A DNA stretch of 64,000 nt. Origin: Octopus sinensis (lineage: Eukaryota). The translations under genes and the position numbers were made by a program. The notes under the pieces are model-generated. The model ran no database searches and had not been told where the DNA came from. It saw nothing but the letters and a program-made list of their open reading frames with translations. The stretch lies in the NCBI RefSeq assembly GCF_006345805.1, contig NC_043020.1, positions 7,812,001 to 7,876,000 on the forward strand. Direction: 5' to 3'. Below, one piece after another: positions 23,211 through 36,215 of this stretch; within the stretch, counting starts at the first letter, position 1; every line of letters starts with the position of its first letter.

Positions 23211-24591
23211 TTTCAAATATTATTACTTGTCTTTATAGTGTTTCCCTCCTTTGTTACTCTTGTGGCAAATAAAGAAATGATGGTGATAATAATAATAACA
23301 CTAATAATAATAATAATAATAATAATAATTGTTGTTATTGATTTTTCTTCTTAGACTTAATTTTTTTTTTTTTTTTTTTTTACTCTGTGATGAGATCTTG
23401 GTCCAAGTCCATCGGCCTCACTTTTCTGTCTTCTTTCATTTCTCCACCACTGCATCACTGGTTCTCCTTTTCTTGTTTTACCGACTAAACTGTTGACAGG
23501 TGGTGGATGGAGGAGGCGGGAGGCGAATGTTTCCGATTCCGCCTCCTCCTCCTCCTCCTCACTCTCTGTCTGTCTGTCTCTTTCTTTCTGTCTCTCCCTC
23601 CCCACTCCCAGGTCACGTTTCAGCATAATCTCATTACATTCTTTTTTCCTTCTTGCCAACAATAAGCTCCATTCGGTTTAGAATCAAAATCAAGCACCTT
23701 TAGGAGTGTGTGTGTATGTATGTGTTGCTGCTGTTGTTTAACCCCAGGTAAGCTCCTGATTGAGCAGATTTCTGGTAATCTTATCTCTCTGTCTTTGGAA
23801 TGGGAGTGGAGCATTATACTGTATCTGGGATTATATCATCCAACGTGACTTTCCCTTTTTCTTAAGATGTTAAGATATGATTTGAGGAAGATATTTTTGG
23901 CTGCTATTTCTTGTGGGTTGGCTCATGAGTATCTGTGTGTGCTTGTTTGGTCATCTGTTGATTGTGTGGGGTGGTGAGGTGGTTTGTCATAAAGTTGTCA
24001 TCTTGTTCAAATTAGCTACAGATGTGTCCAGCTTTCCCTCCTTCCTCACTTCCTATCTGTCTATCTCAGGGTTTCTTAACCAATTTTAACTGTGGACCCC
24101 TTTGATTTTTGCTTTATTCTACTGCCATTTGATGTTTTAAAAAAAAATCATATTTCATTTTTTTAATCAAATGCTATAAGGAATTATATTAAAAGAAGTT
24201 GTTAAAATATTTTGTGTTTTGTGGAAGTATAAGCAATTTATTGCAGATAAATTTTCACAACAAAATCTGATGCCAATTTTCTCCCTCTGCAAGGGCCATA
24301 TGGACCCTAGTGGAGAACCACCGGTCTACTGCTTAGCTGTATTCCTAAGAGGAATTGAACTCAACACCATATGTTAATGAAGCACACATCAGTTTCCCAG
24401 TACTGCTTCTGGTGGGATAAGAAATCTATTCCATTTCTGTGGTACCTAGTTTCATGGCCAACTGAGCCGTATGTGACTTGAGACTACAGATGTGACATGG
24501 TACTGACAGTAAGATGCAAACTGGTTATTAGCTAGGAAAGGTGACTACACCAGTGTTTCCCAACGTGGGGTGTGGGAAAATTGAGGTTGGG

Positions 24592-24880
24592 TGTGTGGGA
24601 AACTACCACCTGTGTCATCTCTTGTGAAAGGTAGGAGAGTCCAGTTTGCTGGACATTGTTGTAGAGCTGAAAAAGAAGTAATTTCTACTCTTCTCCTCTG
24701 GAAGCCATCTACTCGCAATACCAGAGGGCGCACACTCTCCTGCCCTGATGTAATCTCCAGGGATACAGGCATCCAGCAACAGGACCTCCGTAATGCTATG
24801 ATGGACCGTGAAGTCTGGCGTAACATAGTAAATTCCATTGTCTCGACCATGGTCGAACAATGATGATGATGATGATGATG
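24592..24880 (+). mobile_element. RTE-clade LINE 3' fragment inserted near the 5' end of the hAT
   Basis: GKLPPVSSLVKGRRVQFAGHCCR..LLLWKP..DREVWR; (GAT)n tail. Confidence 0.8.
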
Positions 24881-25279
24881 TGTGTTAGCATGGGTTGTGA
24901 AAATTTTTGCAAGTGACTTGAGCGCACCTTTGTCAACCCTAAGCCTATCTGTGGATGTTGAAATGAAGTAAAACATCGCCATGCAATATTTAAATCATGG
25001 CAATTGATGTAGCTATGACCAGTCAGCATCCTGAGTGAGGTATCTGCATTTGTTAGGTATTTGTTTCTCTGTTTCAATATCTATTGTCCAGTGTGAAGTG
25101 TTTATAAAAGCAGCAGTCAACTCCACTCGTTATTGCTGATTGATGCTTCGAATCCCTTTCATTCTACACTGTGCAAAAATCATCATCTGCATCATTTCAT
25201 CACTTTCTTGGATTTGTGTCAGTCCTTTTTCAAACGAGTAAACAAAACAAGAAGAAGACTCGTCAATGTTCAGTGGAGT

Positions 25280-27197
25280 TTTTGAAGTTTGGGTTTATTC
25301 CCAATGAGCATGATGAGCATACCCCATTCCCCATTCTGCTTATTGTATCATCAGAAAATGAGCAATGAGTTAACGAAGGTAGGCAGGATAAAAGTGCACT
25401 TGAGGATAAGACATCATAACAAATCTAATTCAGATTTTGGAGTACTTCAAATCACCGAAAGAAAATTTTGGAGACTGAACAAGACTCACTCCACTATTTG
25501 CTGCACGACATGCATCCCACCCTCATGCCCTAGAAGCCAGCTGTGAAATCTCCCTGCTTATCCCAAAACATGGAAAGAATCACACAATTGATTAAACCCA
25601 GCTAACTCAATATTCTTAAAAACTGCACCACAAAAAGATGATAGAGATGTCAGGGCCATGCCACTTAGTAATAACACTGTCTCTAACAGAATTGATGAAA
25701 TGGGGCAAGATGTTAAAAACCAGCTTATTGAGACATTAAAATCATGAGAATTCTCATTACAGGACAGTGAAGCCCTGTTATTGACTTATGTGAGATATAT
25801 TGAGCCTGAGGCTTTTCAGGATGGGATGTTGTTTTGCGAATCATTGGCAACAGCCACAACTGCAAAGGATATCCACAGCAAACTTAAACTTTATTTGGAT
25901 GCAAACAAAATACCAAAGTAAAACTTACTGTCTTATGCAGTAGATGGTGCACCTGCTATGATGGGCAAGAAAACAGGATGCTTAAAAATGATGAAGGATG
26001 AAAATCCAAACGTCTTGATTGTCCATTGCATCATGCACTGAGAAAACTGGGTTGCCAAGAAACTGTCCCCTGTTCTTAATGAGATTCTATGAGCTGTGAC
26101 CAGATGTAACCCATTAGCATTTAAACTGGCCATATCCGGCCAAAAGTATTCTGCCTGTTTTATGTTCAAATTGGTCAGATCTGGTCTCTCACACCAACCC
26201 TACAATATCGTTTTAAAAATTAACAGCTACCTCATCAAAATCTCATAGCTACAAGATAATGCATGATTAATTCAAAACAATGTGGATAAAAAAGGATTAA
26301 CTTTGGCAGAATAATGCAAACACTAAAGGGTTAAAGCAAATCTCAAAGTCGAATGTCTTTTTAAGTAGTTTTGTGTAAATCAAAGTGCTGAGCACGTTTG
26401 ATTATTGCTTCATACAGAAGTAAGGTGGCTATCAAGTGGAAATAGCTTAAAAAGGTGAATGAAATTATTTGATCAGCTGAATGACTGTCTCAGTGATAAA
26501 TGTGAAATGAAAATGGTGTCAACAACAGATGGAAAAGCATTTGTCAGTCATTTGACAGACATCTTTGAGAAACTTGGAAACTTGAATAAACAACTCCAAG
26601 GTGCAAACATGATACTTATTGATGTGAAAGCAAAGATTTTTGGATTCATTACAGCCCTCAAAATATGCCAAAAAAATGTTTCCAAAAGTAATTTCAGTTA
26701 GTTATACTGGCTGAGTAAATGTGAGATAATGAATGATGTTGCCACCAGAATTATTGATCATTTGAGTATCTTAATAAAGGACTTCAATAACAGATTTTGT
26801 TATTTGAAGGCAATGCATTTTCCCTCTTGCTTAACCCAACCACTGCTGATTGACATTTCTGATGCTGCAGTTTATTTCAAAGAAAAGTTATCGGAATTGC
26901 CACATGATGAATCAGTGAAGACTTTATCTAAATTGAAAGGTACATATATGTGGCTGTGTGACGAGGTTGAAAGAAAATACTGCAACATCTCTATGTCTGC
27001 AAGAGAACTATTGATTCATTGTCCTTCATCTTATTTGGTTGAATGTGGATTCAGTACAGTTGACAATTTGCTCTGGAAGCCAAGAAAAACTTACTTGAAA
27101 TTACAAAATGTGGCAATTTATGGCCTGAAGTGAAAGAAATTGTCTCCTCAAATTAAGGATCTGTGCCTTATGTACCAGACACAGGGTTCTTACTAAA
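25280..27197 (+). pseudogene. Disrupted Buster/Charlie-type (ZBED5/SCAND3/FAM200-like) transposase
   Basis: Across frameshifts and stops: FGFIP..PFCLL..MSNE (BED-like), PLSNNTVSNRIDEM, LLTYVRYI, DGAPAMMGKKTG, HCIMH, LLLHTEVRWLS, SSYLVECGFS. Confidence 0.85.
26110..26330. mobile_element. piggyBac-type MITE inserted in the hAT transposase
   Basis: (G/T)TAA flanks and CCCATTAG / CTAAAGGG termini; transposase homology resumes after it. Confidence 0.7.
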
Positions 27198-27472
27198 TGA
27201 GTCAAGATATCCATCAGCCAGATAACTGAATTAAAAATCATGTTTCTCTATTAACAAAAAATGTGTTGATGGGCACCAGAAAATTTGTTATTATATCGTG
27301 GAGCACCGGAACATTTGTTATCAAAAAATGAGGCATTGGAAAATTTGTTATTAAAAAGTGGGGCACAAGATAAAAAGGTTGGGTAACACTGCTCTATGCC
27401 ATTGGTTAGATGTAGTCTCTTCAAAGTGTTGGACATGCCATTATTTTTTCTTTATTTTACTCTTTTTTTTTT

Positions 27473-27870
27473 TTACTTGTTTCAGTCATTAGACTGTGGC
27501 CATGTTGGGGCACTGCCTGGAAAAATATTAGTTGAATGAATTGACCCTAGTGCTTATTTTGGTACTTATTCTGTTAGTCTCTTGCCTGGCACTTGTTCTG
27601 TTGGTCGCTTGCCAAAGTGCCAAGTTACGGGGACATAAACACACCAACACTGGTTGTCAAGCAGTGGTGGGAGACAAATACAGACATAAACACATACTTA
27701 CGCACACACATGACAAGCTTCTTTCACTTTCCGTCTCTTAAATCCTCTCCCAAGGCTTTGGTCAACCTGAGCCCTAGTAGAAGACACATGCCCAAGGTGC
27801 CATGCAGTTAAACTGAACCCAGAATCATGTGGTTGAGAAGCATGCTTCTTACCACATAGCCACCCCTATG
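27473..27870 (-). mobile_element. SINE family B, older copy
   Basis: Reverse complement of the family B consensus. Confidence 0.75.
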
Positions 27871-28345
27871 CCTACGATAAGGGTTAAAATGTTAAACCCT
27901 GGTATTTGTAACAACTCTGAGGAGTCTCTTGATGTGCAGATCATGGTTAAGAAAGGTGTTATTTCTAGCAAGTCAAGCAATTACCAAGAGGCTGCCTTAT
28001 TTGCATATAGAGACATAGTAGTTGGCATTGATGGATGTAGATGACCTCTGTGTGTGTGTGTGTGTATGGTGTATGATTATTCTGGTGAAGAAGAGGAGGA
28101 CCAGGAGGATGATAGGAGGCGGTTTAATTGCCTGGTTACTAGTTCACGCAGAAGTCTTCTGTCCTTTCTCAGCCATGATTTAATAGTTTTAGAAATGACT
28201 ATGTAGAACCTGCTCGTTTGTTGACTCTTCAGAAATAATTATTGAAATGGATTAATGAGTGCAATTGTTTCCAGCTGTGCACTTGGGCTGCACTTTCAGT
28301 CAAAGTAGGTTGGTTTGCAAACATGCAGAGCTTAAGACGGCTCTT

Positions 28346-28385
<40 letters not shown>

Positions 28386-28529
28386 ACCTTCCCTTCTTTC
28401 CACTCCCTCCCCTCTCATCTTTGAAGGACTGCTAATTATTTTGTAAACAAGCACCCAATCAATTATTTTTATAGATATTCTTCAATGTCATCTTGATGTT
28501 TTATGTTTGTAATGTAAGTAGGAGTATAT

Positions 28530-28733
28530 CCATTCCATACATATATATATAAATACATACATGCATATGCACACACACACACACATATATACATATTCAT
28601 GTATATAGGCATATACATGTATATGTATGTGTATGTATGTATATATATATATATACACATACACATGTTTATATATATATATATATACATACACGTTTAT
28701 ATATATATATATTATATATACATACACATGTTT

Positions 28734-28765
<32 letters not shown>

Positions 28766-29050
28766 CATACATGTTTATATATATATATACATACATGTTT
28801 ATATATAATATATATATATATATATATAAACATATATGTTTATATATATATATATATATATATACACATACACATGTTTATATATATATATATATATATA
28901 TATACATACATGTGTTTATATACATATATATAAACACATGTATACATACACGTGTTTATATACATATATATAAACACATGTACACACACACATATATATA
29001 TGTTTGTGTGTGTGTGTGTGAAACATACATACATATTTATATATGTATAC
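28530..29050. repeat. Compound (TA)n/(CA)n array with a recurring TACATACATGTTTA unit
   Basis: Direct reading. Confidence 0.9.
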
Positions 29051-29705
29051 AATATGTTCTTGCTTGCTTTCTGTTGACCAAATGTCACTCACAAGACTAT
29101 CTCAAACAAATTTATGATCAAATGTACTCTAACTGCAGCCACCACATCATTTCAGTATTCAGACATAATCTATTTCAATACCCAACATCTCCTTCCTGTC
29201 CTCTTAAAGAAACTAGAGTGTAGTTTAGCCATTTCTAGCATATTGGGTGACACTGGAGGCTTTGTCTTTCAAGATTCATTATGTAATTGATTTCTGCATA
29301 AAAACCTTCTGTAAAGTTGTGTTCTAAACATTAGTTTGATGTATTGATAGGAAGCCTCAACAAATTGCAGCCAAATCTCCTTCAAACCTCACCTTGTAAT
29401 CTAATCAGAATATTGTGGATGTTGTTATAAATCATTGGTTACAATTCGCTTCTAATTCTTTCTTGATTGTGCCATTATTTTCTATTTTGGGCTAGATTGT
29501 TTAATGAAATTATCTTCCTGTCACCATGGAGTCTTTCTGAGTGGCCTATTCCTGATTTGTTGGTTACCACTTGACAACTGCATGAGTTCATGAACCTTTT
29601 GACATACCCATCCTAGTGGAACTTGTGCTTTCAGTATTCCAGTATTGGACTAAATTGAAATAATACATTGCTAAATCTCTCACCGATTTATGCAATAGCA
29701 GCATG

Positions 29706-30147
29706 ATAAAGTGATAGTATATTGTCAACTTAATGTGACAGTCCCATAAAAGGGAAGAATGCTACTGTTATTTAGCCCTAAGGAACATCGTTTCCTGTTG
29801 GACTTGACACATTTCCTGTGTCCTTTTGTTTTCAAAATGTATTATTTCTATTTTCAAAAATCAGTGAATGTGTTTCACTGGAATGATTATATGTTTTCAA
29901 AGGCGGATAGGCATCGACAACTAGCAAGTCATGCTACTCTAGACTGATGATGAGCAATGACTCCGATACTAGTCTCTGGAAGCTGGCTTTGCTGAGTGGA
30001 GGTGCTTGTCTCCACTTTGAAAACACAACAACACAGAAAATGTGTCCAAGTCCAACAGGAAACAGTGTTTCCTCAGTCTAAATAACAGTGGCATTCTTCC
30101 CTTTCATGGGACTGTCACATTAAGTTGATAACATACTATCACTTTAT
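29706..30147. mobile_element. Fold-back element: ~134-bp inverted arms with a hammerhead in the loop
   Basis: 29706-29839 is the reverse complement of 30013-30147 with scattered mismatches. Confidence 0.8.
29938..29980 (+). ncRNA. Near-intact minimal type-I hammerhead
   Basis: TCTAGA-CTGATGA-TGAG-caatga-CTCC-GAT-ACTAGT-C-TCTGGA; GUC triplet; deviations at A14 and pair 10.1. Confidence 0.7.
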
Positions 30148-30558
30148 TGGGCTTTCTGTCACCATGGAGTCTTTCTGAGTGGTCTTTTCCTGATTTCTTG
30201 GATACCACTTGGCAACTGCATTTGTGAACCTTTTGAGATGCCCATCCTAGTGAAACTTGTGCTTTCAGTACTTTGTGATCACATCATTCATGTCTCTCTC
30301 TTTTCATATTACCTCATTTTACTCTGTTTCTGTCTGCCAAATCCACTCACAAGGCTTTGATCAGTCCAGGGGCTATAGTAGAAGACACTTGCCCAAAGTG
30401 TCATGCAGTGAAACTGAACCTGAAACGATGTAGTTGGGAAGTAAACTTCTTACCACACAGCAGCACCACCACATATTACCTATCTCCTTTTGGTGTATTT
30501 TCCATCAAACATCAGAACAACTTTTCCACCCACTACATACAGTCCAAATACATTACGT

Positions 30559-30843
30559 TGCCAGCGCCGCCTTAGCTGGCTTCCGTGCCGGTGGCACGTT
30601 AAAAGCTCCAACCGATCGTGGCCGATGCCGGACCCCCTAGCACCTGTGCAGGTGGCACGTAAAAAGCACCCACTACACTCGCGGAGTGGTTGGCGTTAGG
30701 AAGGGCATCCAGCTGTAGAAACTCTGCCAGAATCAGACTGGAGCCTGGTGCAGCCCCTGGCTTCCCAGACCCCGGTCGAACCGTCCAACCCATGCTAGCG
30801 CGGAAAACGGACGTTAAACGATGATGATGATGATGATGATGAT
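30559..30843 (+). mobile_element. SINE family C with (GAT)n tail
   Basis: GGCACGTAAAAAGCACCCACTACACTC...GTTAAACGATGATGAT; other copies at 34945-35279 and 55450-55693. Confidence 0.85.
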
Positions 30844-31163
30844 ACGCACTCATAATAATGATATTCCTAGTGTGGGTCTTTCTATGACCCTTTGCATTGT
30901 AGCCAATTGATTTCCTTTTCCCTTCATTGCAGCCTAAGTTTCACTTGCATATAGTAGTGCATGTAGGATGGTATTATTGAAGAATCCTGTATATATATGG
31001 TCTTGTCCAGCTTTACTTTGAACCCACCCTCTACTGAGATAAATGCCCTCCATCCTGCTCTTATTCTCTTTAAGATTTCAGCATTGATGTCCCAGTGCAT
31101 ATTTACTATGTATTCGAAGTCCAGTCTTCTTATAATGATGGTCACTTACTTCGATTTCTGCAT

Positions 31164-31445
31164 ATGAGTGGTTGTCTACTGTCAATCTAACACGAACGTG
31201 ACAGTAGGGGGGTACACCACCGCTGTATAGCCCTAGGAAGCATCGACGCCTCCTGATGGCTTTGACACATTTTTCCCTGTGTCCTTATATACATTTACGA
31301 AGGGGAGACAAACACCCCCCCCCCGGCCGCCGGAGCTGCATCTAGGGACACGTGTTTCAGGATCATTGTCCTTCTTTGGCCTAGAGTAGCAGACACCGGT
31401 CAGCTGGTGATATTTGTCTCGACTTCGTATTGTATATATCTATAA
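31164..31445. mobile_element. One arm plus internal sequence of the fold-back family at 45513-45736
   Basis: GGTTGTCTACTGTCAATCTAA...GTGACAGTAGGGG...CTAGGAAGCATCGACGC...GACACATTTT matches the 45513 arm. Confidence 0.75.
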
Positions 31446-32120
31446 TTCAGTGAAGTCTATTCACTGATTATCAAAATAAGAAATACTAAATTTCTAAATC
31501 TCTCGTAGAGACATGTACGGTGCATATGAGTGTTTGAAGGAAAGGATTTATGCAAAAAAATGATTAAAATTAAAGAGGATGTATCTGTTTGCAATGGATG
31601 TGTAAATCCAAATCCAAATTTGGATTTTGCTATGAAGTCACAATGGAGACAATGATGATTCTGATTTTGCCTGGGATTGGGCATATGTTGTTTGCAGGAT
31701 ATAATTCTTTTATTATTCTGTTGCTTTAAGTTGTGGGGTCTTCATCTGTTATTGAAACCTGAGCAAATTCCATCTTGATCACTCCCAAGCCTCTGGTAAT
31801 GCATCCAGATGGCTATCATGATAATAGTAATAATAATGATTTCAAATTTTGTCACAAGGCCAGGGAGGGGGTAAGTCAATTACATTGAGCCAAGTACTCA
31901 ACAGGTACTTATTTTATCAATCCTAAAAGGATGAAAGGCAAAGTTGATCTTGATGGGATTTGAACTCAGAACACAAAAAACAGATGAAATTCTGCTAAGT
32001 ATTTTGCCCAGCATGCTAACAATTCTGCCAGTTACAGTGCACCATAACTCATTGGTAAAGGGCAAAAGAATGGACAAAAAGCAGCAATGAGTCAATTAAA
32101 AAAAGACAGCAGTGATAACC

Positions 32121-32508
32121 TATTTCTTTACTACCCACAAGGGGCTAAACACAGAGGGGACAAACAAGGACAGACAAACGAATTAAGTCGATTAGATCGA
32201 CCCAGTGCATATCTGGTACTTAATTTATCGACCCCGGAAGGATGAAAGGCAAAGTCGACCTCGGCGGAATTTGAACTCAGAACCTAGCGGCAGACGAAAT
32301 ACATATTTCTTTACTACCCACAAGGGGCTAAACACAGAGGGGACAAACAAGGACAGACAAACGAATTAAGTCAATTACATCGACCCCAGTGCATATCTGG
32401 TACTTAATTTATCAACCCCGGAAGGACGAAAGGCAAAGTCGACCTCGGCAGAGTTTGAACTCAGAATGTAACGGCAGACGAAATACGGCTACGCATTTCA
32501 CCCGGCAA
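32121..32508 (-). mobile_element. Head-to-tail pair of SINE family A copies
   Basis: Two consecutive 3' ends TATTTCTTTACTACCCACAAGG at 32121 and 32304. Confidence 0.85.
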
Positions 32509-32896
32509 CCAAAAGCACATGGGCCTCAATGCAATTTCAGCTCCAAAAATAAAAGCCAGATCAAATGCTACAAGGCATTTTGATCACTCCCAACTGTCCT
32601 GCCAGTCGACTGTCCAAATAATATTAATAAGCATAATAATAATAATAATGATGATGTTGATGATGAATATCTGTGAATAGAGCTTGTCAATAAGGCTGAT
32701 AAAGAAAAACGCCCCAGATGGCTTAGGTGAATATAAAGTGAACATCACATTGTCATAGTAAAACACACAAAAGGTTCTGTTATGTCAATAAATTATGAAT
32801 ACCTCCCTTTTGTCTTTGCTTTTGTTGCAATGGACACACAACAATAGTGAAACACATGTGCGGCGTGCACACACACACACACACACAAACACATGA

Positions 32897-32928
<32 letters not shown>

Positions 32929-32994
32929 TCTGTGTGTGTATATATATATGTAATGTCTTTATAAGTGTATTATGTTTGTGTATATAATATATAA

Positions 32995-33067
<73 letters not shown>

Positions 33068-33601
33068 CACAAATACACATCTGCATGTATATATGTGTGG
33101 ACGTTTTATATATATATATATATGTATGTATAAATTCAATGTATCTATATATATGTATGTATGTATAAATTCAATGTATCTATACATATGTATTTATATG
33201 TACATACACACATATATACAGCTAAATAGATGAGAGAGAGAGACATGGAGAGAGAAGATAACATCGCCTAAGTCTCATTGCAAGCCTAGCCTTGTGCGGT
33301 GAGAGAGACTGTTTGCAAATCTATACACATAACTTGCATTGTATTCTTTATAAATGTGTCTTTAAAAGTATATGTATGGATAGGTCCGTGTATGTCACTC
33401 TATGTGTATATAACTCTGTGTATGTGTGTGTTTGTTTATTGTTTTTCAAGTAAGACGTTTCACCGGTTATCCCATGTTGCACCATCAAACTTTGTAAGAT
33501 GTTGCATATGTGCTGCATAAACTAACAACACCACTACACAGGTAGAGTCAACATTCACAAAATACAATGCAATGGGACTGAATCTGAAACCATGTGTTTA
33601 G

Positions 33602-33822
33602 CCCTTTTGTTACTAACCCAGCCAAAACCGGCTCTGGCTCTGTAGTACAAATGTCTTGTTTTCATAAGTTTTGAATTAATATATTCCACCAAGTCTTAGT
33701 CACAATTTACGTTCCTAACACTAGCTTAATGATAACTAAGTTATTTTACTAAATTCTTTGTTATATTTAAAATAATTGAAAGAAACACAGAACATCTCAA
33801 AATAAATACAGTAACGAAAGGG
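33602..33822. mobile_element. piggyBac-type MITE (copy of 9703-9923)
   Basis: Collinear match to 9703-9923; right end GTAACGAAAGGG-TTAA. Confidence 0.85.
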
Positions 33823-33898
33823 TTAAAGGACCATCTTTTGTGGGCAGATGTCGTAAAGAATGTGGATTGCATCCCCTTTGGGTTTTTTTTTCTTTTCT

Positions 33899-34217
33899 TT
33901 TTTTTTTACAGAATCCCCTATTCTCAAGTACGGAGATTCTGATTCTGCAAAAAAAAAATAAAATAAAAAACGGCATTTTAAAAATTTTATTTCCCACCCC
34001 CAAATTCTTCAATTTTCACTTTTTTCTTAAAGATTGAAACTTTACAAAAAGTTCATAATCTCCATATTTTTCCATGTATTTCACAAAAAAGAGATTTCTG
34101 AAAAAAGTGAAAAATTGAAGAATTTGGTGGGGTGGGGGAAAAATTTTTAAATGCTGTTTCTTTTTTTGCACAATCAGAATCTCCATACTCAAAAATAGGG
34201 GATTCTGTAAAAAAAAA
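33899..34217. repeat. Fold-back element with ~120-bp inverted arms
   Basis: TTTTACAGAATCCCCTATT...AAATTCTTCAATTTTCACTTTTTTC versus its reverse complement at 34100-34217. Confidence 0.85.
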
Positions 34218-34944
34218 GATGAAAAGGAGCACAGTCCTCATTTTTTGTGTCTGCCCTTTTGTCTATATGTGCATATGAGGGGTGTTTGAAAAGTTTTGAG
34301 CCTTGTACCTTCATCAGAAGTTTTGTACCATGTTTTGTTTTTTGAGGCTCAAGACTTTTCCTACACCCCTTGTACTTGCGAGAGAGAGAGAGAGATGAAA
34401 GCTCATCTCACCACTTCTAGGAGGAATATCAGCTGCATTTCATCCTATCTGGGCCTTTTCAATAGTGCGTACTCACAACCAGCTATGTACTTGGAAGGGA
34501 GTTCATCATGTCTGATACAGCAAAAAAATTGATTAAAACATTCTCTGACATATTGGAAATAGTTGTCAAGCTGAATAAAAATTCTGTATATGCAATTAAG
34601 GCAATATTAAATTAAGAAGCCATCTATGTATCATACTTGATGTATGTACACTGTTGATAGACCAATTAATGTAGTATTGTATTTTTATCTTAGTACATCG
34701 TTATTTAACGTCCATTTTCCATACTGGTATGGCTTGAAAGGTTTGACTGAAAATTGGTAAGCGGGGAGCTGCACCAGGTTCCAATCTGATTTGGATGCCC
34801 TTCCTAATGCCAACCACTTTGAGAGTGTAGTGGGCATTTTTTATGTACTATTGGCATTGTTGCCATTGACCTGACACTGGCATTGGTCATGACTATAGTC
34901 TCACTTGGCTTAGCGGGTCTACACAATATATATATATATATTGA

Positions 34945-35279
34945 CTGGCTTCTGTGTCGGTGGCACGTAAAAAGCACCATCCGAATCGTGGCCGAAGCCA
35001 GTGCCGCCTCAACTGGCTTCTGTGCAGGTGGCACGTAAAATGCACCAATCTGACCATGGCCGATGCCAGCCTCGCCTGGCTCCAGTGCAGGTGGCACATA
35101 AAAAGCACCCACTACACTCACGGGGTGGTTGGCGTTAGGAAGGGCATCCAGCTGTAGAAACATTGCCAGATAAGACCGGAGCCTGGTGCAGCCTTCTGGC
35201 TTCCCAGATCCCCGGTCGAACCGTCCAACCCATGCTAGCATGGAGAATGGACGTTAAACGATGATGATGATGATGATGA
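34945..35279 (+). mobile_element. SINE family C with three 5' GGCAC(G/A)TAAAA units
   Basis: Direct match to 30559-30843. Confidence 0.85.
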
Positions 35280-35867
35280 CCATAAATAATGGTCATTACC
35301 TATTTTTCTTTATTGTAGTAAATTTGACTTAGAGCTGTTTCCAGTATTCAATTCAGGTTCATTATTGATAGGTTTACTCATTCGTCCCATTGATCAGTTG
35401 AGAAAAATTGAATGATATATAAATAATTAATATAAGCCGCAGTGTGCAATGTTTTACCAAAAAGGAAAAGTATGATTGGTTATTAAATATGACTAAGGGT
35501 GTTAGAAACCTCTACATTCTTATGGAGACATCTCGACTGCTGCTTCCAGGCAATTACAGTCCCTGCTTGTATGTATACAATTATGTGCTTTGACTGCAGT
35601 ATTAGAACATTTCAGCTCTTATTTCTAGCAATGTCGGTGTTTCTTACATCCTTAGTCATATTTAATGACAATTATAAAGCACCCACTACTCTCACAGAGT
35701 GGTTGGCGTTAGGAAGGGCATCCAGCCGTAGAAACATTGCCAGATCTGACTAGGCCTGGTGCAGCCTCCTGGCTTCCCAGAGCCCAGTTGAACCGTCCAA
35801 CCCATGCCAGCATGGAAAGCGGATGCTAAATGATGATGATGATGATGATCTATATGTAGCGTTTATC

Positions 35868-36215
35868 TTTTACTTGTTTCAGTCATTTGACTGCAGCCAT
35901 GCTGGAACACCACTTTGAAGGGGTCAAACAAATTGACCCCAGAATCTTTTTTAAGCCTAATACTTACTCTATTGGTCTCTCTTGCCAAACCACTAAGTTA
36001 CAGGTATGTAAACTCACCAACACCAGTTGTCAAGCAATGGTGGTGGGGAGATGAACACAAACACAAATGTACACACACACACACACACACACACACATGA
36101 TGGGCTTCTTTTAGTTTCTGTCAGCCAAATTCACTCATAGGGCTTTGGTCAGCCTGAGTCTATAGTAGAAAACACTCGTCCAAGGTGCCTTGTGGTTGGG
36201 AAGCAAGCTTCTTGC
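35868..36215 (-). mobile_element. SINE family B, older copy
   Basis: Reverse complement of the family B consensus. Confidence 0.75.

Larger units (their letters stand above)
24551..27391 (+). mobile_element. Fossil hAT transposon (Buster/Charlie subfamily) with nested insertions
   Basis: TIRs CAGTGTTTCCCAAC / GTTGGGTAACACTG; flanks GACTACAC / CTCTATGC (nnnTAnnn); ~30-bp subterminal repeats at 27270-27370. Confidence 0.85.

Noticed and set aside
34275-34330. CTGATGA-containing hammerhead candidate on minus
   Set aside because: Stems do not pair, and the sequence overlaps a mariner-like TIR (TATGAGGGGGTGTTTGAAAAGTT).
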